Made by a program: the position numbers and the translations under genes. A stretch of 64,000 bases of DNA, from NCBI RefSeq assembly GCF_001194135.2, contig NC_068991.1, positions 30,517,063 through 30,581,062 of the forward strand. The letters are read 5' to 3'. This DNA comes from Octopus bimaculoides. Lineage: Eukaryota. The notes under the pieces are model-generated. The model made no database searches. It was not told where the DNA came from and worked only from the letters and a program-made list of their open reading frames with translations. Each line of letters starts with the position of its first letter. Position 1 is the stretch's first letter. Positions 1 through 11,837 of the stretch are shown here, in pieces.

Positions 1-64
1 ATATTGTTGGGAGGCAAGCTTCTTACTACACAGCCACTATATAACGGCAAAAAACTTTAGCGAA

Positions 65-375
65 GGCACGTGGTTTAGTGGTTAGAGTATTCTGCTCACG
101 ATCGTTTGTTTGTGAGTTCGACTCCCAGCAGTGCGTTGCGTCCTTGAGCAAGACACTTTATGTCATGTTGCTCCAGTTCACTCTCCTGGCAAAAATGAGT
201 TGTATTTGTAGTTTAAAGACTTGCCTTGTCATATTTGTGCCTCGTTGAATATCTCAGAGAATCTGCGTTAAGAGGACGTGTCTTTGGAGTGCTCAGCCAC
301 TTACACATTAATTTTATGAGCAGGCTGTTCGTTGATCGGATCAACTGAGAGCCTCGTCGTAGTCGACGGAGCAAC
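65..375 (+). mobile_element. tRNA-derived SINE, family C (CORE/V-like central motif)
   Basis: A-box-like TGGTTTAGTGG, B-box-like GAGTTCGACTCC, central GTCCTTGAGCAAGACACTT. Its 3' half is homologous to 44845-44965 (minus). Confidence 0.75.
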
Positions 376-617
376 AGCAATGGCAAGATACTATTACTAG
401 GTCTTCTTTTAATGTAGTGTACATTAAATGATGTCGGTGTGTGCGCGCGCGCATACAAAGATAGATAGATAAAGAGATTTGGTGGGACAGCTCAATTACA
501 ATAGATCGAATATATGTGATTAAACAATCAATTATACATTTACACTGGCATTATTACAATATCTCTCTGCAGCAGAGAAAACGTTGTTTCAGGTAGTTGT
601 CATTTGATTTTGGATCG

Positions 618-664
<47 letters not shown>

Positions 665-1247
665 TGTGTGTGTTTAAGTATGTGTGTATGTATATATATA
701 TATATATATATATAAGACATGATGGCTAGCAATTGTATTACTACCGTTACCGACTGGAGAAAGAAGAGGAGATGACATGGGATGGTGAATGTTACAACAT
801 TCTGTGTGGGATTTGCAACAAATTTGTGTGTGAGTGTACATGCGTTTGTGCGCGGGGATAAGTGTATATAGGTGCGTGTGGGTGTGCGTGTGTTTGTATA
901 CAGGCTCCATTTTTGCTTCTTATGTAAGCCTATGGACATAGATACCGGACACACACAACACAGACAGATTCATATACCTATATTCGTATGTAAACACATG
1001 AACAAGTATCTATGCACATATATGTACATATATTTATACACACACACACATACACACACACACACACACATATAACGTGTAGAAACAGGACCCGGTTTCT
1101 CCTTTTCCCCGTACATAATGTCAATATTTAAAGACACCAAAAGTTAGAGATAAGATGTACAAGTTAATGGCTAGAACAGTGACACATGACAGAATTACCT
1201 GTAAAAGTATTCAGGTGTTTCTCTGAATCTACGTTTCACCTGCCGCG

Positions 1248-1279
<32 letters not shown>

Positions 1280-1954
1280 GTACTTAATGCGCGTGCGCGA
1301 GCGTGTGTGTGTGTGTGTGTTTGTNNNNNNNNNNNNNNNNNNNNNNNNNNNNNNNNNNNNNNNNNNNNNNNNNNNNNNNNNNNNNNNNNNNNNNNNNNNN
1401 NNNNNNNNNNNNNNNNNNNNNNNNNNNNNNNNNNNNNNNNNNNNNNNNNNNNNNNNNNNNNNNNNNNNNNNNNNNNNNNNNNNNNNNNNNNNNNNNNNNN
1501 NNNNNNNNNNNNNNNNNNNNNNNNNNNNNNNNNNNNNNNNNNNNNNNNNNNNNNNNNNNNNNNNNNNNNNNNNNNNNNNNNNNNNNNNNNNNNNNNNNNN
1601 NNNNNNNNNNNNNNNNNNNNNNNNNNNNNNNNNNNNNNNNNNNNNNNNNNNNNNNNNNNNNNNNNNNNNNNNNNNNNNNNNNNNNNNNNNNNNNNNNNNN
1701 NNNNNNTGATAATAACAACTAAATTATTATTAATAATAATATCAACAACAACAATGACAAAACTAATACATAATAAAATCATATCACAACGTATATTTGA
1801 ATTCTTCCGCTCTGTTTGATAAATATCCTTCGAGTTTGGATTGCTCTTTAATGAATTAAAGACACTTATAAACACGTTTTTCTTTTTTCTTTTTAGAGAG
1901 AATTAATATTTTTAAATTTCACAACGCGAGATATTCAGCAACAGTACTTTGGGG

Positions 1955-2157
1955 TAAAGATTGTTTGCCAACATAACATGGCAGTCCTGGTTTAGGACGA
2001 ATGTTACTTTAGCTCCAGGAGACATCGGCTCCAACTGGCTATACGACATGATCTGTGTCCTTATATAGCCAGCTGGAGACGATGTCTCCTGGGGCTAAAT
2101 TACAGCAATATTCGTCCTAAACCAGGTCTGACATGTTATCTTGGCAAACAATCTTTA
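1955..2157. mobile_element. Foldback/MITE-like palindromic element, TA at both ends
   Basis: Arms 1955-2043 and 2064-2157 are reverse complements (about 8 mismatches plus one 5-nt indel over about 89 nt) around a 20-nt loop. Confidence 0.8.
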
Positions 2158-2359
2158 TTCCAACGTTTTTTTTTTCTTTCTTTTACATTTCATTCAGGCG
2201 CACACGCGCACGCATTTCCTCCGAAGAGACGATAGCCGTAACATCTGGCCATGATGTAGGAAGTCAGTACATTATTTGTAACACTGAGTAATATCATATT
2301 GTGGTTTGTTACGATGGACTGAACGAAATTTCTACATATCTATCTGTCTATCTATCTAT

Positions 2360-2476
<117 letters not shown>

Positions 2477-2686
2477 TATATCAAAGTTAAGTTGACAGTC
2501 TACTCTGAGATTCATCCTTAACTAAACTGTTCACAACTGTCTGTATCATAAATATATATCCATCACAAATCATATAATGATATAAGTATATACCTATCAT
2601 AGATATCCACTCTACCCAACGTATAGAGTTCTATACCACATATTTTTTGCATTGTGTAAAATGCATTTTTGATATACTTCTGATAT

Positions 2687-2723
<37 letters not shown>

Positions 2724-3575
2724 NNNNNNNNNNNNNNNNNNNNNNNNNNNNNNNNNNNNNNNNNNNNNNNNNNNNNNNNNNNNNNNNNNNNNNNNNNNNN
2801 NNNNNNNNNNNNNNNNNNNNNNNNNNNNNNNNNNNNNNNNNNNNNNNNNNNNNNNNNNNNNNNNNNNNNNNNNNNNNNNNNNNNNNNNNNNNNNNNNNNN
2901 NNNNNNNNNNNNNNNNNNNNNNNNNNNNNNNNNNNNNNNNNNNNNNNNNNNNNNNNNNNNNNNNNNNNNNNNNNNNNNNNNNNNNNNNNNNNNNNNNNNN
3001 NNNNNNNNNNNNNNNNNNNNNNNNNNNNNNNNNNNNNNNNNNNNNNNNNNNNNNNNNNNNNNNNNNNNNNNNNNNNNNNNNNNNNNNNNNNNNNNNNNNN
3101 NNNNNNNNNNNNNNNNNNNNNNNNNNNNNNNNNNNNNNNNNNNNNNNNNNNNNNNNNNNNNNNNNNNNNNNNNNNNNNNNNNNNNNNNNNNNNNNNNNNN
3201 NNNNNNNNNNNNNNNNNNNNNNNNNNNNNNNNNNNNNNNNNNNNNNNNNNNNNNNNNNNNNNNNNNNNNNNNNNNNNNNNNNNNNNNNNNNNNNNNNNNN
3301 NNNNNNNNNNNNNNNNNNNNNNNNNNNNNNNNNNNNNNNNNNNNNNNNNNNNNNNNNNNNGCAGATAGACAAAATAGCAATACGAATAAAAAAAAACAAA
3401 AAAAAACAAATACAAGGGTAAAAGGGTCGAGCGACATGTGGAATTTTTAAATTTTACAAGGTGAGGAGCTAGCTCATTGATGGATGTGAGTGAGAGAATT
3501 GGGGGTAATTTTGAAAGGACATGTCTATGATAATAATAATGATGATGATGATGTAATAATAATAATAATAATAAT

Positions 3576-3725
3576 GCTTTCTATTATAAGCACAAGGCCT
3601 AAAATTTGGGGCGGAGAGTTAAGTCGATTACATCGACTCCAGTACTCAACTGGTACTTAATTTATCGACCTCGAAAGGATGAAAGGCAAAGTCAACCTTG
3701 GTGGGATTTGAACTCAGAACGTAGC

Positions 3726-3756
<31 letters not shown>

Positions 3757-3966
3757 TCTCTCTGGTATAAAGCACAAGGGCAGAAATTTGGTGGAGGGGG
3801 ATAGTCGATTACATCGATCCCAGTACTCAAGTGGTACTTAATTTATCGATACTGCAAGGATAAAAATCAATTCGACCTTGGCGGAATTCGAACTCAAAAC
3901 GTGAAGCCAGAAGGAATGGCAGTAAGCATTATCTCTCGGTGAGCCAACACTTCTGCTTGCTCACTG
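3576..3966 (-). mobile_element. Two tandem copies of SINE family A separated by (AAT)n
   Basis: Copies at about 3576-3725 and 3757-3966 share gcacaagg..aaattt..agtcgattacatcga.cccagtactcaa.tggtacttaatttatcga and the B-box GTTCRAAT(T/C)CC. Confidence 0.88.
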
Positions 3967-3982
3967 TTTAATAATAATAATA

Positions 3983-4028
<46 letters not shown>

Positions 4029-4309
4029 CATATCAGTAAGAGAACAAAATAATATATTTGAAATTGGGGAAAATGAACCAGGAAAATGGGCCTGGAATTA
4101 TTTAGAATGATACAGGGGCTATAGATGTGTAATTAGGACCGATATTTGGTGTATATGTTTGTGTAAGAGAGGGAGAGAAAGAGAGCAGAGCAGAAAGAGA
4201 AGAAACACAGAACAATTGAAATAGATAGATAGAAATATAGATGTCAGAGCGGAGGGGGAGAGTGTAGATGGTAGTGGGTAAAAAAATGGTATTAATAAGA
4301 GGAACTTAC

Positions 4310-4363
4310 TCTAAGTAACCAGGGCTGGCGCACAGCTGTCCGGCCGAACCATCATCGCATCGA
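4310..4363 (-). CDS. Candidate downstream coding exon of Six1/2 (54 nt, phase 2-2): (T)RCDDGSAGQLCASPGYL(D/E)
   Basis: Acceptor ctctcatttacatcatttacactcttcAG and donor GA|GTAAGT. About 60% GC in AT-rich flanks. Of the three frames, only the one matching the phase-2 donor at 31663 is open. There is no homology support. Confidence 0.5.
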
Positions 4364-4506
4364 CTGAAGAGTGTAAATGATGTAAATGAGAGTGGATATT
4401 ATTACAGGTTTGCAGTTGTGGGTATAAATTATAGGTGAGCATGCATCGGTTTACATAACTATACATGTAATGTAACTGTGTGTTTGTGTGTGTGTATGTA
4501 TATATA

Positions 4507-4542
<36 letters not shown>

Positions 4543-4695
4543 CACGCACATATATATGGACACACACAGAAACATATATATAGCTGTATCATAAATACAT
4601 GTATACACCAATACATACGTACAATTAATGCTGTTATGAGTACATAGGTACATTCAAGCATGCATACATACAGGAAAATAAGTTCATCGATACAC

Positions 4696-4732
<37 letters not shown>

Positions 4733-5093
4733 CAAATCCATATGCCCATGTATACATACAATATTATACACACACGAATAAATACATACACGAAGGATGC
4801 CAAACTTGCTGTGTCTGTATATGTGTGTGTATGTGCGTGTGTGTGTATTAAATCTGTGTGCCTGTGCGTGGGATACACGTACGACAGGGTCCCTCCTAAA
4901 ACATTTAACGAAACTCTGGTCCTTGCTACCGGATCATTCCTACTTGCTCAGATGTTTTAACACCCGGCTCTTTGAAAGAGTCATCGCTACCACGTGATCT
5001 TGCCTACCAGCGAACAAACAGAGTAAATACGTTGAGTATGTGTGGTCGATAACATTTACAACACTAGCGCGGCTTCTAATTCATATTTGAATA

Positions 5094-6147
5094 TATTGGG
5101 TTGGCAAGAAAGAAGTTACGATTATTTTGAATGACTTTTGTCAATATTATGATTCTTTTTCCTTTTGAAAGCTGATTGCCGTTACTTTCAGCTACTTTAG
5201 AAGCAAATTGCGCATAATTTTGTTTACAGCTGTTAGTTCAGTGTCAATTGTAACATGGAGTGCCAAAACGAACATCTTCGCCATATTTTCTGTTTTTTTT
5301 ATTTCCGTAAAGGCAAGAAAATTGCTGAGGCTCACAAAGAGATATGTGAAGTTTATTGGGTTGATTGCTTAACAGAAAGCCCATGTCAGAAATGGTATTA
5401 AAAATTCCGTTCTGAAAATTTTTCACTCAAAGATGACTAACGTTCTGGTCGATCTATTGAATTTGACGGCCGAATCAAAGTTATAATTGAATCTGACTGC
5501 CATATAATTGTGCGAAAGATAACAGAGATTAAATCTATCATACACAACAACTGAAAATCTATTAAAATGTCTTGAACATGTTAAGAGGCGTAATGAACCA
5601 GCTCAGACCACATCGAAAGCTGGATTGCATAAAAAAATGGTCATGTTGTCAATTTGGTGGGATTACAAAGATGTTGTGTATTTTGAGCTGCTTTCAAGGA
5701 ACCAAACGATCAATTGCTGTCAACAATTAATGAAACTGGGGGAAGTAATCAAAGAAAAACGGCCAGAATTGGAAAATCGTAAAGGAATCGTGTTCCACTA
5801 TGACAACCTTAGACCACCCGTGTAAAATCATTGGAGCTTGGTTGGGAAGTGATGCCACATCCACCATATAGCCCTGACCTTGCACCATCAGATTAACATT
5901 TATTTCAAAGTTTGCAAAATTCTTTGACTGGTAAAACTTTCAATAATGATGATGACCTGAAATCGCACTTGCTTCAGTTTTTGTCTGATAAGGACCAGAA
6001 GTTCTATGAGCATGGAATCATGAAGATGGTAAAAGGTTGTCAAACAAAATGGAAAGCATATAATCGATTAAATCTCATTCATTGTATGAAAAAGAAATGA
6101 CTTTTATTTCACACGAAAAAAAAAAACGAAATTACTTTCTTTCCAAC
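5094..6147 (+). mobile_element. Decayed mariner (Tc1/mariner, mellifera-like subfamily) DNA transposon with internal deletion
   Basis: Left end TA+TTGGGTTGGCAAGAAAG at 5094. The degenerate right TIR (aattactttctttccaac, about 6122-6147) is its reverse complement. It encloses a transposase relic. Confidence 0.93.
5255..6071 (+). pseudogene. Mariner transposase pseudogene
   Basis: Fragments MECQNEHLRHIF..FRKGKKIAEAHKEICEVY, EPAQTTSKAGLHKKMVMLSIWWDYKDVVYFELL, KEKRPELENRKGIVFHYDN, LGWEVMPHPPYSPDLAPSD, SLQNSLTGKTFNNDDDLKSHL and RW*KVVKQNGKHIID*. There are several stops and frameshifts, and the WVPHEL..TGDEKW segment (first catalytic D) is deleted. Confidence 0.93.
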
Positions 6148-6587
6148 ATGTGTGTGTTTGTGTTTGTGTGTGTGTACATATATGTGCGTGTGTGTATATA
6201 NNNNNNNNNNNNNNNNNNNNNNNNNNNNNNNNNNNNNNNNNNNNNNNNNNNNNNNNNNNNNNNNNNNNNNNNNNNNNNNNNNNNNNNNNNNNNNNNNNNN
6301 NNNNNNNNNNNNNNNNNNNNNNNNNNNNNNNNNNNNNNNNNNNNNNNNNNNNNNNNNNNNNNNNNNNNNNNNNNNNNNNNNNNNNNNNNNNNNNNNNNNN
6401 NNNNNNNNNNNNNNNNNNNNNNNNNNNNNNNNNNNNNNNNNNNNNNNNNNNNNNNNNNNNNNNNNNNNNNNNNNNNNNNNNNNNNNNNNNNNNNNNNNNN
6501 NNNNNNNNNNNNNNNNNNNNNNNNNNNNNNNNNNNNNNNNNNNAGTTTGTTGTGTCTAGCTCCGCTCTAAATCTAACAGCTGTGTGT

Positions 6588-6657
<70 letters not shown>

Positions 6658-6984
6658 ATAATGTACGTGTATGTTTGTACCGTTATCGCTCCACTTTATC
6701 CTCTTCTCCATCATCACTACCATCATCATCACCATTTCCACCATCTCCATCATCATCATCATCAACCCTGAACCAATATCCTTTAAACAGAACAACTGTT
6801 TTATTTAGTTTTTCCTTATTTCCAAAAACAAGAAGAAAAAAACGTCTAAGATGGCTACAATGTTCAAGCACCTTTGTCTGCGACTGATTATGAATATTTT
6901 ACAGAACCATTTGTTGAGGTCAAACAGACACAATGTCACAAATTTGAGACAAAGAATGCAACCAATTAAATTGATTAATATTAC

Positions 6985-7115
6985 TCCTTATTGACTTACG
7001 GAAAGAGCCAATAGAATAAGTACCAGGTTTTACAAAAACATAAGTACTGGGACGATTCATTCGACTAAAATTCTTCAAAGCTATGCCCCAGCATGACCGT
7101 AGTCTAATGACTGAA
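6985..7115 (+). mobile_element. SINE family B 3' tail fragment
   Basis: tagaataagtaccagg..aagtactggg.cgattcattcgactaaa..ccccagcatgaccgtagtctaatgactgaaac. Confidence 0.7.
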
Positions 7116-7897
7116 ACAGCTGAAAGCTTAATCCATATTCAGATCGAATGTATCAATCACCTAACGACCTGTTTAGCAGTTTGTTGATGGAGGAATTTAG
7201 CCCAATATCAGCCATTATTAACATGCACTCTGGCCTTGACCACTCCATATTGTTTTACTCGCATGACTTCTTCCTTTTTATTAAGAGGACACTACATCTT
7301 CAACTACATTACACCACGATCAAACTATAACCACAGCATAACCCAACACAGCGCAACCACACAGGAACAGCAGCATAACCACATAACACAACGCTACAAC
7401 AAGCAGACCATGTGACTTCCATGCCACAGCACACCACAAACACCACAAACACACAATAGCCGTTCTACATCACAAAAACAGTACAACACTTGTAACACAA
7501 TACATTCTTTCAGACCAGCGACCAAGATTTTATGCGATTGCTCAATCTGCAAGAAATAACAGAATACGGGTCAACACCTGCCGTCTTTTGGTCTTTATTA
7601 AATGGAAAGACACAGCTATGGTTGGAACTCATTTGATAACAGCTGTAGGACTAAACAACTCCAGTTTCACTTGGTGACGAGAAATTCGAGAAAGAAAAGA
7701 AACTAAGTATAAACAAATCATATTCTTCTTAATGTATGGGTACTAAATTCTCTTTTCCTTACACATTAAAACAAAACACACCCACATTATATTGCTTATT
7801 ACATACGAGTATGAAGACATTAACGTTTTAAGTCACAAATGAGGAATATTCCAGAAATGTTCCGTTATAACAAAACTTGTGATGTGTCGCTGTTTTA

Positions 7898-8106
7898 TAC
7901 TGGTTTCAAAGTTTGGCACAAGGCCTCCAAGTTGGCGGAAGGGCAAGTCGATTACATCAACCCCAGTGCTCAAGTGGTACTTATTTTCTCGATCCCGAAA
8001 GGGTAAGAGGCAAAGTTGACTACGGTGGAATTTGAACTCAGAACGTAAAGACAGACGAAATGCCAAGCATTTTGCCTGGCATGCTAACGATTTTACCATC
8101 TCGTCT
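7898..8106 (-). mobile_element. SINE family A
   Basis: The reverse complement has the head (aatcgttagcatgccaggcaaaatgctt), the B-box gagttcaaattcc and the central ccctttcgggatcgagaaaataagtacc. Confidence 0.88.
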
Positions 8107-8137
8107 CCTTGTTCTGCTTAATATTGTAACGCCAATA

Positions 8138-8349
8138 ATGCAGCGAGTTGGCAGAAACGTTAGCACGACGGGCGATATGCTTGGCGGTATTTCGTCTATC
8201 TTTATGTTCTGAGTTCAAATTCCGCCTAGGTCGAATTTACCTTTCACCCTCTCGGGGTCGATAAATTAAGTACTAGCTGCGTACTGAGTCGATCTAATCG
8301 ACTGCCCCGCTTCCCCAAAATTTCGGGCTGTGTGCCTAGAGTAGAAAAA
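8138..8349 (+). mobile_element. SINE family A, full length, with 17-bp target-site duplication
   Basis: Full body, flanked by atattgtaacgccaata (8121-8137) and atattgtaacgtcaata (8350-8366). Confidence 0.92.
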
Positions 8350-8410
8350 ATATTGTAACGTCAATAGAGTAAGAGAGTATGGCAGTGTAAGATGTGTGTG
8401 CGCGCGCAAA

Positions 8411-8700
8411 GAATTGTAACAGTAGTGAATGGTAACTAGGGACTGCTTACGAAAAGAGGAATATCAAAGAATGACTGCCACAAAAATGGTAACTTGGGAA
8501 TAATTGCAATAGCCAATGGTTACAGAATGGAGTAGTAACTGAGGAATATTTCCAACAGTAAATGGAATAAGAATGGTTACACCAGTCAAAAATAAGAGGA
8601 CAAACAATATCAGTGAATGGTAAGTAGAATAATCACTAAAGGGAATAGTTACTATAGAATGCCTGTAACTGGGAAAGGACTGTCGTGAGGAATGGTAACT
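8411..8700. repeat. Degenerate array of GAATGGT(A/T)AC motifs
   Basis: Copies at about 8411, 8427, 8484, 8514, 8571, 8615, 8643 and 8690, with irregular spacing. Confidence 0.7.
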
Positions 8701-8832
8701 GTGGAATATCTGCGATTGGCATTGATACCAAGATATACAACATTTGGTTGTCATTGCATCTTTATTTGGGACTCTTTGACTATGTTAAACTCTGTGCGCT
8801 GTAGCAGGAGTAGTAGTAGCAGCAGTAGTAGT

Positions 8833-8870
<38 letters not shown>

Positions 8871-9411
8871 TAGTATGTTAATAGGTGTGACGTCAACGGT
8901 AGATGATCGTTGGGGCTGTGTTATTGTGTTAGCGGTGGTGACGGAGGAGCAACTGATGATCATACTACTACTATTACTGCTACAACTACAACTACTACTA
9001 GTGTTATGATGATGATGATGATGGTGTTGGTGGTAGTGGTGGTGGTACGTGGAATATGTTCCTTGATTTGATGTGCAGGTATTAGCATGCTAGTTTCACC
9101 GCCCTCGGCTCGTGTTTCCAGACAAAATATTATTCTAACATTCAACAACACACTAATAGAGTCGACGCTTACTGCTAACGCACACACTTCATTAACTTAT
9201 CACTTGGAGACTTCTTCGCCATCAACACCACCAACACCAACAACACCACTATCACAACATCCACCACTACAAGCATCATCATCAGCAGCAGCACAACCAC
9301 CGCAACCACCGCAACCACCACAGCCGCTGTCACCATATATCACAACCATTACCACCACCACAACCGCTCGCAACACCATGACAACCATTGCGACGATCAC
9401 TACCACAATGC

Positions 9412-9450
<39 letters not shown>

Positions 9451-9464
9451 AAAGTGGTGGTGCT

Positions 9465-9539
9465 GGTGCTGGTGGTAGTGGTGCTGGTGGTAGTGGTGCT
9501 GGTGGTAGTGGTGCTGGTGGTAGTGGTGTTGGTGGTGGA
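9465..9539. repeat. 15-bp tandem repeat (GGTGCTGGTGGTAGT) x about 5, adjoining (AGT)n
   Basis: Directly visible. Confidence 0.9.
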
Positions 9540-10014
9540 GAGATTTAGCCGGGTAACATTAACGGGGATACTGTACTTTTTGAATGCTTCCAACTTATTG
9601 AACACGGAATTTCACTAGTCGGTGTGTGTACGTGTGCGTGCATATGTGTGTGTGTGTCTGCGCACGCGTGTATGTGTTCACATGTGTGTGTAAGTGTGCG
9701 TACACGCATGTGTGCGTGTGTATGTATGTGTGCGCGTCTGAGTGTGTGTGTGTGTGTCTTTCACTCTGTTGTTACTTGGAGTTTCCTCAAATCAGAATTA
9801 GATTATATAAACATAGTCATACGTACATACATATATACGTGTGTACATAGGTACACATATATAGACACATTGATACATACATTCAAATATACACATATGT
9901 ATACAAACATATATACATAAATACACATCTATACAGACACACACATCCACACAAATACATAAACACCTTATGATGTTTGCGCGCACATCGTTACGCGATA
10001 TCATAATAGAGATG

Positions 10015-10220
10015 ACATGCATGTAACGTACCATGTAACTTGTATGTAACATGTAACATATAGCATCTCGCATATAACATATAGCATGTTATATATAGAG
10101 TATAGCTAGTTACATGTAACAAGATGTAAATAAATGATGTAACACGCTAAACATTAACATGGTAGATAACTTGTAGTGTATTACAGGTGACATGCAACAT
10201 GTTTACTAAAACATGTAAAT
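10015..10220. repeat. Degenerate (C)ATGTAAC array
   Basis: Copies at 10020, 10032, 10043, 10051, 10113 and 10137, including the palindrome GTTACATGTAAC (10109-10120). Confidence 0.65.
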
Positions 10221-10457
10221 GTTATATACAATATATAACATATTAAGCTTAATATGCAATACGCGACCTGTTGTAGAGGCTTCAATTTCAACAATGATTT
10301 TATTTGTTTATTTATTCACTTATATATTTATTATATTAATGGTGGAATCAATAGAGCATCAGATAAATTGTATTCCGCCCTGAATTCAATACTAGCCATG
10401 GGCATCTTTTCTTTTCATTTCCAGAATCGATAAAATATTTTAGCTTATTTACTCGAC

Positions 10458-10630
10458 AAGGCACATGAATGGCTGTGTTTAAGAAGACAGCTCAAAAAAC
10501 AAGTGCTTTCGGTTTCAGTTCCACCGTAGGGAACTTTGGGCAAATATCTTCTACTATAGTCCCGTGGATTTGTTAGATGGAAACTGTGTGGACGGCTATC
10601 TTGTATATCTACATATAGTTGTGTGTGTGA

Positions 10631-10661
<31 letters not shown>

Positions 10662-10815
10662 TGTATTAGCGTCTGTATTTATCTCAGAACCACCTGCCAA
10701 CTCGAGCTGGGGTTTTTTATGACCACCGTTATTTAGAGTTTCGGCTAAATTGACTGACAGAATAAGTATCACGATTTAAAGAAAAATAAATACTGGGTTT
10801 GATTTGCTTGACTGA
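10458..10815 (+). mobile_element. Diverged SINE family B
   Basis: tggctgtg..taagaag, actttgggcaaatatcttctactatag, gatggaaactg, then (GT)n and agaataagtatc..tactgggtttgatttgcttgact. Confidence 0.7.
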
Positions 10816-11525
10816 ACGAAATAAGCGATAAAAAATTTCCCACATCCCTAGCATACATGACACTCACTACGTCTAAAAGCGTCTTCTGTCAGCTGGTTAT
10901 TTCAAAAGGGGTTGTGCGGTGGACGTGGCTGAGAGATCTGAGGACAAGCACTAGTATTTTCAGCCCTCATCAATTCTCTCTCCAAGTTCCGTTGGAGAGA
11001 TAGGTGCGAGTAGAGAGAGACAGAGAAAGAGTGAGCGAGAGAGAGACAGAGAGAGACAGAGAGAGAAGGGGAGCACTACCTACCTAAAAATTTGTTGGTA
11101 ATGAGTGAGAATGGCGAGCAACGACCGCTTTCATTATGACTCTACAGGCTGGGGTGTGAAAGCTAGGACCCGACACTTGCCTTGGTAGCCAAGGTAATCA
11201 ATCCTAGCAAAAATGGTTAGGGTGTACTTCTCTACGCTAACCATGCACCCTAACAGTTGAGTGAGGCCTAGCGATTTTGGCGGTCAAGGTAAACCTGGAT
11301 GTGTGAAATTCCTTAATTGGCCCTAGTTGAAGTTTCTCCACTACCAAGAGGACTGCACCAGTCGTTTTCACACATACACTGTATACCACGTATACTCTTA
11401 TCGCTTTTCACTGTCCTTTTCGTTTCATTCTCATCTTTTATGTAACCCCGCCACAAGCATTGTTGATATTCCTTCTCATGTCCTCCTCATCTCTGCACCT
11501 GCGTCTAATAAAAGTAGTTCTTCTT

Positions 11526-11584
<59 letters not shown>

Positions 11585-11603
<19 letters not shown>

Positions 11604-11770
11604 GAAGCCATACCAGATAAATTACTTAGAAGAGTTTCTTCCGTCTCTTTACGTTTTAAGCTTAAATTCCGGGGATCGATAAAAAAAGAATCAGTCAAGA
11701 ACTATTGTCGATATAATTAACTTATTCTACACCCCAAAACCTGTTGTCTTTATGCCACAATTTGAAACTA

Positions 11771-11837
<67 letters not shown>

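Noticed and set aside
65-140. tRNA genes suggested by A/B boxes (here, at about 15200-15290 and in SINE heads)
   Set aside because: No cloverleaf can be built, and the boxes continue into SINE bodies.
500-800. Strong minus-strand acceptors (ttctctgctgcAG near 568; tcttctttctccAG near 755) as the last Six1/2 exon
   Set aside because: In the phase-2 frame both stop within 1-3 codons, and nothing distinguishes them. The next exon may lie in a gap or outside the window.
9087-9548. 153-aa ORF with PQP and GAGGS repeats (silk/structural-protein look)
   Set aside because: Built from (ACC/GCA/AGT)n trinucleotide tracts and a 15-bp repeat, antisense to the inferred gene. Similar tracts occur throughout the window.
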